Assembly (NCBI GenBank): GCA_002269645.1
Contig: NIVC01001059.1
Coordinates: 1 to 64,000 of the forward strand
DNA length: 64,000 nucleotides
Direction: 5' to 3'
Source: Macrostomum lignano
Lineage: Eukaryota
Every line of letters begins with the position of its first letter. The first letter of the stretch is position 1. The translations under genes were made by a program, and so were the position numbers. Shown here in pieces: positions 1 through 12,200 of this stretch. Under the pieces are notes generated by a model. The model ran no database searches. It saw only the letters and a program-made list of their open reading frames with translations, and was not told the DNA's origin.

Positions 1-197
1 ACACACCCAGGATCCCCAATCTACCCCACAACACCCAGGATCCCCAATCTACCCCCACAACACACCCAGGATCCCCAATCTACCCCACAACACACCCAGG
101 ATCCCCAATCTACCCCACAACACACCCAGGATCCCCAATCTACCCCACAACACACCCAGGATCCCCAATCTACCCCACAACACACCCAGGATTCCCA
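1..197. repeat. 30-bp minisatellite (CACACCCAGGATCCCCAATCTACCCCACAA)n, about 6.5 copies, truncated by the window edge
   Basis: Direct periodicity in the first lines; lies just 3' of the PCGF stop codon on the minus strand. Confidence 0.95.
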
Positions 198-221
198 GCA
201 GATGTTATCGTCAAGTTTCAG

Positions 222-3200
222 TCAGGAGTCGCGCGAGCTCCTGGCCGCAGCGGAGTCGCGGTCCGCGATCACGTAGGTGAGGGCGATGGGGTCCCGCCAG
301 TCGGCCTGGCCGTCCGTCTCCCTGCAGCGCAGTTTCTGCAGCTCGGCGAGGCTCCAGTAGGCCGGCAGGCGGGTGTTGCGCCTGTAGATATCCACCGTGC
401 CGGTGGCGGACAGGCGGTGCTGGTCGCAGAGGAAGCCGGCGACGTGGCCGATGGTGGCCTGCATTGCCAGCAGCAGGAAGATCTGGCGCTGGCCTCCGCG
501 CGGGCTCAGCGCGATCTGCACCGGAGTGGCCAGCTCCAGCGGCAGCGACTTCTCCAGCTCCAGGCTGAAGTCCAGCCGGCGATGCACCTCGCTGGCCCGC
601 AGGCCGGGCACCAGCTTGTACACCAGGTCCTGCAGCACCCGGTCCTGGCGCAGACAGCCCTCCTCCTCCAGCTTGAGCTCCTGGCCGCACTCCGGACAGC
701 GGCTTGGCCGGACAGTCTGCAGGTGGCCGACAATACAAGACTTGCAGAACACGTGGAAACAGTCGGTGAGGCGGGTGGCGTCAATCAGGTAGCCAGCGCA
801 GAGGCTACACACTAGGATGTTGTTGAGCTGCCTGAGCTGCGGCCTGCCAGACTGCGGGATTGAGGTGAGCAGTCAGCACTCAGCTTGAGCAGTCAGTCTG
901 GGCACGACATTAAAGCTGCTAATCTAGATGACGTAGTGACTTCAATTGGAATATATAGAAGCATTATAAAATAATTAAAAATTCTTTGTAAGGCTGAGGT
1001 CATACACCTGAACACATAAATAAAAGACCTCTAAAGCAATGCTATATGGTTTTTGGTGCTCGATTAGTTTGTCCATTTTTTAAATGTTTCTAAAAAATGG
1101 AACTGCCCGAGGACGCGCGGCGTTATTAAAGACAGACGCCTATGTTTTCGTATGTCTATGTCCGAAACCCATAGAATTGAAAAGAGGGACGCAAAAGCGA
1201 GAGAAGACACAGCATCAAAGGAGTTCTAACTGACGCGTTTATCACGTACTGGACATGAACCTGGGGTAAAGTGGAAGTGGTCCTACAACTGCCAGTCTGT
1301 CTTCTGCTAAACAAGGGACTCCTAAAATAGCATTAGAGTGCTAGCTCTAGAAGTCCCTGGCTAAGCCCTGATTTACCCTAAAAGTTATTCTATAAGCTGT
1401 GCTACTTGTTTGGCATTACGAGGCCATAGTCAATGAATTCCAAATATATAAACAACTTCAGTGTCACTGGGGTGAGTTTGGGCCATAGACAGCTTGCAAA
1501 AGTAGTCCCTGCAGCAGGTTTGTAGAGCTACAGAATCAGAGAGCAACCAGCTAAGCCAAAATGGAGTTCGCCTTGGCTTTGGTGGGTGCCAGCAGCACAA
1601 GTGTATATCAGGTGTTGCAGACCCATGGACCAACTGCAGGGAATCAGTGAGATGTTTGCAAATATGGTAATTCCAAGTTCTGCAAGATATTGATTGCCAT
1701 TTGACATGCAAAGAGATGGCTAGTACTCTCTTTTAAGTGTACATCCTCATTCAAGATCTTGGACTTGGGAATGTCACAGCCAGCCCTGGCAGAAGCACCC
1801 ACAGAGTATGTCACTGGGTCTTATTCATGATGTATGACAATACCAGTTTATACACTGCCATAGGACTATTAGTAGAAAATGCTGCCTTTTTTCACCAAAT
1901 TCCTCTGACAAGGATAGTTGTATTTGAAAATAATTGTGCAATTAATTATATAACTCACAATCATTATCCAGAAACTATCATTTCAAACCATTGGGAATAT
2001 ATAATTCAAGCCAATCAATTTAATTAACTAAAGTAGCATTCATTTTATAATATTTCTAGCATTGCAAATATGTTCTAAGAATTATCTATTAGGCCTAACT
2101 TTGATATCTAAATAAATATAGATATGACAAGTGATAACAAAATTAAAAACAAAATATTAGCAAGATTAGGCAGTAGGTTGAATGATTAAGACTAAAAATG
2201 CAACTGTTATTTAATATCTTGTTTTTTGCTATACTAAAACATTCTGCCTTAAATAATACATTTGTACTTTTATAATGTTATGTTTCTAAAAAGAGTATTG
2301 ACTTATATTTATAACTATGGCTATGTTATTGACAAAATTTTATATTTAAGGCTCCTTCTTTAAGCTAGTGATAATTGGCATAGGTGCACTCCCAGGGGGA
2401 AGAAGGGATAGTCACCTCTTTTAGCAAAGACCTAAACAGAAAATAAAATAAAAGGAAAGATTAAACAAGTGAATTTTTATAAAAATATAGTCTAGGTAGA
2501 GCCATTCTATCTAGGTCTTTACTATCTAGAATTGCCATTCTTCAAAAAATTCAGGTTGCACCATTGATTTGGCAGATCAAATAGAAGGCAAGCCAAAACA
2601 AGAACCATGCCCCTGCCCTGCCCTGGCCCAATGCCAAGTGGCCAAGCCATATGATTATGAAAATAATTAATTGGTAAATTTATTGAAGAAATAACCCGTA
2701 ATATAAGGTATAAGTTTTTGTGCAATCATTATATAATTTACCCCTAGCCTAAAAATTGCTGAAACTGGGCTAAAACCTATATGGCTTGCCCTGTTGGTTA
2801 AAAAGTAAATATTTTTTATAAAACTTGTACTGTAGCAGTCTAGTAGTAGTGTCAATGTGCTAAATCAGAGTGGTTGGTGGTTGTTGCACATAATGTAAAA
2901 AAATAGCAATTCTTTGTTTGAAACTGGAAATGATTAATCAAGTATGCATCGTTGACTCTTTAGATTCGACTTGATTGCAGCTGCATAACATAAATAACCA
3001 CTGACGATTGATCCATGCAGTTTTTGACTAATATTACATATCGGATTTAATTTCTGTGATCTTTGATTCTAGGAATTTTACGGGCTTATGCCTGTAAAAT
3101 ATGTATTAATATAGCTAGAAATTGTGTATTTATTATTGTTCACTGTTACAGTTTATTTCGTCACACTTCCGAATTGATTCTCAAAATCTCAATAAAAAAT

Positions 3201-6200
3201 CTTCTTGGCTTGCTATGGGCAAACTAGGTCGCAGTTTTGGCAAAATTGATTGCAGTTTTCAAAGAGTTGTCTGTGGCTGAAACTTGTCATGACTGAGCAG
3301 ACTTGGCCTAGACAGCAAAATTATAAGTGATATTTTTCCGCGGGCAAAATTGATTGCAGTTTTGGCAAACTAGATCGCAAAAAGGTATATTTATATGTCT
3401 AGCTCGTATATACTTAACTACATTCGAATTTGCGCATACTTGGTCTTTTGTTGAATTTTGAATGGAAAGTCTGGCTTCTACATGTACATGTATGAGCATT
3501 AGTATGTTTTAAGATTAAATGAACCGCATGCTTTGCATTCAATTGCTTCATACCTGTACATCCGCGCCTGTCCCCACTGGTTCACACGACCTCGAAACGA
3601 CATCGAATCAAGCAGTATACCTCGATTTGACTATATTTGGTTTTTCCAACAATTTGTTTATATAAACCATCCCCGTGGTGTCGAATGTATTAAAAAACAT
3701 AGATTTTTTAAAAATTAAAATGAAAAAGTATGACGTAATGACATCGTATCCATGCCGTAAAGTAGGACCTCGTTTGTACGATAAAACTTCGATAAGAAGT
3801 TGATAGTTCAAATTTTTGACAACAAAAAACATGTATTAAAATGAAAGTACCACTGTTAATTCAAAGATTTTTATAATCATTTTTTACCAGTTATGTTTTA
3901 GCATTAACGAACAATAAAGAGTATTTTTTTCATTTGTTATAGTACGTTTATTAAATATGGACAAACTAGTCTATCTGCGGTTTTAAATTATTTCCCAGAC
4001 CTACGACGGCCTAGACTTACGATCTTTTACAATAACTCAGCAAATCGTCGTCAAACCGTCTTTATAAACTTCTATATTCGAAAATTCCAAATACATAGCT
4101 CTATAATATATTGGCCAAACAGGCTAATTGCCTGAGCCAAATTCTCTTACTACTACTACTACACGGCCCTCTATACACGTGCTATGGTATAGAGTATAGT
4201 CTACAAATGATTATCTTTGCTGCGCTAGAATTGTTATTGAAAGATAAAGTTAAAAAGTAATATACACTGCGTTTCAAATAAGCTTGTCTATTATAGTTCA
4301 TAATAAACTTTCATTCTTTATTTTTCATTTTTTTTAAATATTTGAAAAAAATGAATGTTTCAAAAACATTCATTTTTGAATTCATTGCTTATATTCAAAT
4401 TCATTTATATTATAGTTATACTTAATTTTATGTTCATAATTTGAGTAAGATACTGTGTCTAACTCTATATTTTAATAAAAGTTTAATTTCCTCTTACTGG
4501 AGACTCCAAGCCTAGTAGATTCTGAAAGCATGGGCAGCAGGCAGTGGAGCTTGTGACACCGGGGGCACATGCCCACCTCCCCTAGAAAATAAGTCCATAT
4601 GGAAATTTTAGTGCTTTTTCTTATTTTAGCCTTTAATTAGCAGCTTATAAAGGTACATGTGGCCCACTTTCTTTGTGCCCAATGCCCCCCTTAAATATTA
4701 GGCTCCACTGCCCCTGGCCTGTCTGAATGTTAAAAAATTCAAAGTTTTGTAATATAAATTTTAATTTTTGTCAAGATTAATAAATATACTGCTTATTTAA
4801 ACTTCTATTTTTAGTGAGTGAACATTTACTTTATTGCTTAACATAGTTTTTTTAAAAGAATTTTCATAGAGCAAAACAAGTTTCTTTATGTAAAATATAT
4901 ATTAAATGAAAGTAGTGCATTCAAGTATTTTTCAATTCCACATAGCTGGCCTATATAGACAAGTTTTGGCCAACAATTCGGTTTTTATATTTTATTATAT
5001 GACACATTCTATGAATGTTTTATGTTTACTATACAAATTATCTTTTATTTTAATTTTATTTAGGCATCATAATATCAATCATATATTTCATGTATATGAA
5101 TTAACTAGTATTTTTTATATCTATGAATAACTTGTAGCATCCAAGTGTTTTAGTTATTAGGCCTAGTAGAAATAAGGGCATTCTTTCGTTTTACGATCCC
5201 TGAGCAGGTCAAGTTTTATCTTATGATCCCCAAAAAAAAGAGTTGAAAAGACACTCTAGTTTATCAAAAAGTACATTTCACATTTATTTTTCAAGAAAAA
5301 ATCACTGCAACTCACTTTCTAGTCAACTTAAATCATCACTGCAACTTACTTTTCAGTCAACTTGAGGATTGTGGGTGTAGCATAGTTATGAAAGCATATA
5401 GCTTATATTCACTTTGTCATACAATCATTTAAATGGTGAAATTATATGTAGAATGATCGCAGGACAAAACCAAAAGAGCTTGTAGGTTTTGAATTATGAT
5501 CACCGCATTAGTAGAATTGTATTGAAGGGATTGTATGATGAAAGTGAATGGATTGCTATGTCCTAAATTGCTATATTAACTGATCATTGTCACTCTATGG
5601 ACTGTATCTTAAAACTGTATTTGTTATAAAATTTGCATGCGTTGGCGTACACTGCCCCCCTCACTTTTGTTATACAATCACCCCTTGGTATAACACATAG
5701 GTCCAATGAACTGGGGGATCGTTAGACAAAAGTTAGGGGGTACCCAAAAAGGGTGCAATATAGTTTATTTAGTAAAAAATGCTTCTTATGTGCGCCACAG
5801 GGACTTGGCTTTCTATTTACAGACATATTGTAGAGAGGCTAGCTGCAATTGATTGTTTAGTTAAAACGTCTATTATAGCAACAATTTCCTACCATTTTGT
5901 CATACAATCCCTCCAATACAATTTTAACATTAATGTGATCATAATTCAAAACCTACAAGCTTTTTCAGTTTTGTCTTGCAATCATCTACATATAATTTCA
6001 CTATTTAAATGATCATATGATGAAAGCAAATATAAGGACACTTCTAACTTCTATAGGACACAAGATTTTATATTAAAATGATATGCTTAGAAGTGGTCCT
6101 ATTTTAAACTTTGATTTGTCTTCTGTGGGGGATTGTATAACAAAAATCCCAACTCCCATAGGGACAGTGCTGGGTCAAAACAAAAGAATGCCAAAATAAG

Positions 6201-9200
6201 AAATAAAGGCCTAGCTAAAATGTGTTATACAATTCAATGACAATGAGTTGATCTATTTTAAGATGTGCATAGTTACTTATCCCATTTATCTAATTAATTT
6301 TAATAAAATTTTAACAGAGGCAGAAGGCTTTTTATTTCAATGGATAGAATGGCAGCAAAGAGTTTATGCTTCTTTGTGGGTATATTTATATTTACACAAA
6401 CTGCGCAAGATTAAGGGGCCTAGAGAGATTTGAAAAAAGGTGGCATGGCATAATAAGCTATGCTAACCCCCCAGCTTAGTGAGCTGGCTAGCCTGGTGCA
6501 TAACCAGTTTTACAACATGCCAATTTTAGTGAGCAACAAAGACTAGGCAAAGCCTCTATATGGAATCAAGATAATAGAATAAGATAAGATAATAGAAAGT
6601 TAAAACCCATGCTGCCATTGTCAATAACCTGAATACAAAAAATGCTTTAGTTTTATAACACAATATATTGACCTAAATATTTTAATGAGAAAGTTTTAAA
6701 TAATAATTTATTGTAAGATATATGACAATAATATAATAATACCTTTAAAAACAAGTTTGTTTCATTTCAATGGCCATGGCATAATTTCAACTCATATTAA
6801 ACATGATTACATGAAATTGATTGTTAATACACATTATTTGAGCCTGATGTGAAAAAGTGAGATCCCCAAAATGCCAAAACAAGCTGAAATTTAATTCATT
6901 GAATTCAACTATGCTGTTTAGCTTGCAATATTTTTCCTTTATCACTTGGGTATTATAAAAAGCAGACATATAGTTTAACAAATATTTAATGTTTTAAACA
7001 AAAACCTTTTTTGTTCTATTTAGCTATCTAAAATTGGAATAAGGTGTAAAAAATAAGCTGTTGAGCTTTTATTAGAACGAATATTGGTAAGATAATCTTA
7101 ATAAAAATCTAGCTAAGAGAATCTTAGTACTCTTGGAAAATCATTTACTTAAATAATTTTAGTATAAAATTTTATCATACCCTCAAAACAATCATTTTTT
7201 TAACTTTTCAGAAATGGCTTCTAGACAAACAGCAAATCGCTACATCCGTGAATATCTGTTGACTCTGATGTCAGCAGACAGCACTGCTAATTGTGTAGAG
7301 GATGAGAGTTTGTCTGAAGTTTCTGCTTCATTTCAACTTTCTGAAGCTGAAGAGTTTGCGAATCCGCACGTGTGGAAAGACCTGGCTCCAGATGCTGGTG
7401 AAGACAATTCGGAAATCCCATATTGCTACTCGCACGAAAGTAGTGGTGAATCTTCTGATACAAGCGATGACGAGTCAGGTTCTGCAACAAGCAATCCGCA
7501 AACAAGCCGCCCTTCGCTGCCGGCGAAGCTTCTGACTTTCATGCTGATATTTTCTGTTAGCAAAAGAGCTATGCAACACCTTTTAGTAATTCTGAACGAG
7601 GAGGGTTGCAATGTACCGAAGTCGGTCAGCACTTTGAAACGCTATTGTCAACCTATTTCACATGACCTTTTATCTGTCGCATGTGGTGGCCAATTCGCCT
7701 ACTTCGGTATTATGAACAATATTCGTTTTTGCTTCGAACGCCAGCTTTTAAAGCTCAATGATCACTTCCAGAAGTTGACAATATTAGTCAACTTTGATGG
7801 GGTTCCCGTGTACAAGAGCTCGAAAATGTGTCTATGGCCCATTTTGCTTGCCATTAAAGGTGTTGATTTATCTGTCCCTTTACCAATCGGAGTTTTTTGC
7901 GGCATCAACAGGCCACCATTGAGTACGTATCTTGAGAGTTTTGCTCAAGAGTTGCGCTCTTTAATGGAAACTTACGTTTCCATTGCTAATAAAGCTATAA
8001 AAATCGAACGCTGCATTATTATTGCTGACGCACCTGCCCGTGCGTTCATTCAAGGAATTTACAGCCATTCGGCTAGACTCGCATGTGGATATTGCAAAAT
8101 TGAAGGCTCTCGTATTGAAAACCGTATGTGCTTTCCTTATAATCAATATGAGCCACGTACCAACGACGCTTACATGTCCATGCGTGAAAGTAACCAACTT
8201 GTATCTTCTCCATTACTCGGCATTGTCAATTTCGTGGAAGATCTCCCCCTGAATACATGCATTCGGTGTGTCTAGGTGTTGTGAAGCGTTTGTTTTCTTT
8301 ATATGTTTCTTCTATTAAGGGTATTAAGTTACCGTGCCGATTGTCTGCTGTTCAGAGAATTCATCTTTCGCAGCTAATGATTCAAGTTTCTAAGTGCTTG
8401 CCCCGTGAGTTTCACAGAAAGCTCAGAAGCCTCGACGAATTCGAGCACTTCAAGGCGTGTGAGTTTAGGACTTTAATTGTGTACCTTGCTCCCGTTTTGT
8501 TTCGTAAGTTTCTACCAGCTCCTTATTTTGACCACCTGATGCTATTGCATGTAGCAATCTTTTGCTTTGTTTCACAAGAGCTTTCTACTTCTCTGTTTCA
8601 TCAAGCATCTTCTTGTATTACACTTTTTTGCCAGAGAGCTCCAGGATTATACAAAGGTGCTCTGCAATCTTTTAATGCGCATCTGTTATCCCACATGCCT
8701 CATTTTGTAGAATCACTCGGTCCATTGGATCAGTGGTCTGCATTTTTTTCGAAAACTACAACGGAGTTTTGAAGCGTCGCTTAAGGTGCACATCAAATAT
8801 TTTCATGCACACCATAAATACTATGTCTCACATTCGAAACGCTTTTGTTACTACTACTTCTCGCCCGCTATACTTTTCCTGCGCGTCGCCGGACAATTGT
8901 TGTATTACTCAATGTGGTCATGTACTTGCTATTTCAGCTCTATCTATCGAGTATGGGCGCACAAAAGTTATTGGTAAAATTATTCAATTTGTTAGAGACA
9001 TGTACTCTTTTCCATATAGCTCTTCATCAATAGGCATTGGTATATATAAACTGACAAACAATAGCGTTTATGATGCCACGGCAAAGTCCAAATGTATTCT
9101 GATACCACGTGAGAGCAATGAGTATTTCGTTATTCCTCTCGCCAATCCTGATTTGGCTCTCTTTTCGCCATCCTAATCCTATTTTGACTCCATTCTACTT

Positions 9201-12200
9201 CGGGTGTGTCATAAGTAATGCCACTGCATCCTTCTGTCTAAAGTATGTAGGCATATGCACTTAAGGGTGGTCCAGCTGCAACGTATAATTCACCATAAAT
9301 CTCAGCAAGACGCCTGCGCCAAGCAGATTCGCATGGACTTTTCCAAAAGGAGTTTTCGCAAAGTATGAAGATGTCAACAGGCCGTGTTGCACTGGTTCCG
9401 GCAGCTGGAGGAAAAACTGGAGGAAGGCTGAGGTGGAGAAGCTGTATGAGCACTGCCAGGGGTCGATTGATATTGGGGGGACACTGTGTTGTTGATTGAT
9501 ACGGTTTTGTTCATCTGCGGTTGTAAGTTTGTCTGTTTTCACATCACTCAGTGACATTTCTTATGACACACCCGAAGTGTATCGGTATTTTGCGTCTTTG
9601 TTTCGTGTTTTACGGTTTAAATTCTCACAAAAGTCTTATGCATTATTGGCTTGTGTAAACATTGGGACTTTTAATTAATGCTCTTGAAGAATGAGCTCCA
9701 GTTTGACTTTAACTTCTTTATTTTTTATTTGCACTTTGGATATTATAAGTATAAAAAGATACTTAACTGCTTGTAATCTTCAAGTTTTGTTCATATTTTT
9801 AGATAATGAACCGCCGTTATTTTAAATTACTAGTCCACCCAATCTGCATGCTGCCCTATACTTTCTTTTTATATCTAGTTAGCTTGTATCGACTATGGGG
9901 AGCTAGAATACTGCCTAGAACTTGTTCGCCTGCCAAATTCCTTTACCGAGGATCGCTTACTAAAAGTAAAATTATTGAACAAATGCTAAAATTCTGATAA
10001 TTTTCTCAAAACTAATTAAATAGCCAGTCCATTTGTTTAAAATTGCAGAAATGTCGCAAGCAGGCGAGTCAACTGCATTTATGCTGTTTTTTCGGACTTT
10101 TAATCAATTCCGCGTAATTGCTGGTGATTTCATAGATTTGCCGCACCGCAATTGGACAGAGGAAGACTGGATGGACACTGGGTACGCAGAAGTCGCTGTT
10201 GACTTGCAGGACGAAAATGGATCAAGTACAGGCATTGTAGTCCAAGTGGCTACATCTATTACCGATCTAAATGAGACATTTAAAAAGGCAAAGGATCTTC
10301 GCTACAAAAAAAACTTCTCGTTGGCCAAAATCCTGACGTTCTTTCGCCGTTTTAAGTCCGGTCGGGATCACGTGCCGCCTATGAGAAACCTAACTACCGA
10401 AGATGAGCAAACCGATGCAGATTTAGATGCTGCAGCAGTACGAGTGAAGGCTTTACCTGCACAGCATCAACAACAGCAAGAGATTCAGCTGCCATCAATG
10501 CCTGCCAAAAATGCACCATTAACTACACGTACAATTTCGAATGAGTCAGCGGTTGAGACTACTGTTGTTTCGACAGGCGTGTCTACGAATTTGGTTAGTC
10601 ATGCATCAGCATCGTTTGCCCCTCAGCCCCGCGGTGGTGGAAGGTTTCAGTCAAATCTACGACCGTACATTCAGTCGCTGCAGGCGCAGGGTATTGACCC
10701 CTTCTCTCCGGACGGTCATACTCATCTGCTGCTCCTTGTCCTTACGGAAGTGACTAAACTAAAACAAACGATTGCAGAAATCAGACCTGCTGCGTCAATG
10801 GCCAACACCAACACGGCAATTGATTTGGGCCTTCCTATCAAGGACCGTGAAGAATACGCCGCTTTCTCGAACCGCGTCAAGGAGAAAAATTTCCGACAAA
10901 GTATTGTGAGTCTGACCGCATGTTTATTTTTCTGAGTGCATATTATACAGACAATCATTTATGGCATGTTTGGATTGAGTAATTTCCCTATCCTGTATAC
11001 TTCGCATATCGAATGTCATGGTCAACAATTTCAAAGTCAAAAGCTAAGACTTAGTGGATATTTTTGATTTAATCAAATAACTATAATATTTGAAGCAGGT
11101 GCTTCTGATTGCATTTTTACCTAAGTCTGATGTCATTGACATCATTGTAGGTTGCTTATCTCCGCCGGCTGGGCGGCCAGTCAGTTGACAGAATGATTAC
11201 GTCAATGGTGGATGCACTACTGGCAACTGATTTTCAACGCCAGTTTAATTTGACTGGGAAGGATTACAGCCAGCAGGGGCGGCCGAGATCGAAGATATCG
11301 TTTCGTGAATCTATTGAGCCCATTATCAGCGGTAAGTCACATACTCTGTGAAGCGTAGTTTTGCAGGAGAATCATAATCCGATTTATTATTTAGTAGTGG
11401 CTATTGTTTTTAAAACAAGAGTAAATTTACTAAGTTTTCTTAATTCCTACATAAAATATAGGAGAATAGAATTAATTACTGTAGAGAACCAAAATTTATC
11501 GTAAAGGGAAGGAAATTAGATCGTATACCAATGCAGTGCGTTATCAGACTAAATACTATACAGTATGCTGCAGTTGTTGTTTAGAAACTTTCATAACTTC
11601 AGGGTCATATCAGTTATTTTCAGCTATTATGCCTATCTACTTACGCAATATAGCTTTATTCAGATGTTAGCTCTAATATATTGGCCTATTGATGGTATTT
11701 TAAGTATGCAAATTTAATCTTTTTTTCCAGAAGCAATGGCCACGTGCAAGCCGCCAGTCACGTCGGCTGAGGTCACCCGGCGCATTAGTCGCTATCTGCA
11801 GGATGTTGGCCAGCGTTGTAAAGCCCTAACGCGCTTAAACCCTCAGCCTGACGGCAATGAGGAAAGCCAAACCGAGGGACGCGATTCTGCCGACTGCGAC
11901 AGCGAGGATGAAGATTTTGAACCACTTCACAAGAGAGTGGCAAGGCAAAGGGAGACCTAATTTTGATGCTGTACGACGCACGCCATCTATGAAACAGTTC
12001 ATGAATTTCTTACTCAGCACATTTTTTGTTTTGCTTTCCTTGTTTTTCTTGTTTCTTGAGTATTATGCAAACTATGGTACAAGCAAATTATATTAAAGAA
12101 AAACTGGGATATGAAAAGCAAAAACAATTTTGCTGTCGACAATCGGTTACGAGGGAAAACTAGCAAAGCATAAGAATGGGTCAAACTTGTGAAATATAAG

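Noticed and set aside
211-815. Overlapping ORFs 211-738, 397-792, 417-815 and 506-784
   Set aside because: Alternative-frame and antisense shadows of the GC-rich PCGF exon
1430-2030. Decayed coding sequence in the PCGF intron
   Set aside because: All six frames are interrupted and I recognised no motif
3225-3380. Short direct repeat GCAAAATTGATTGCAGTTTT / GCAAACTAGRTCGCA
   Set aside because: Only two degenerate copies and no associated element boundary
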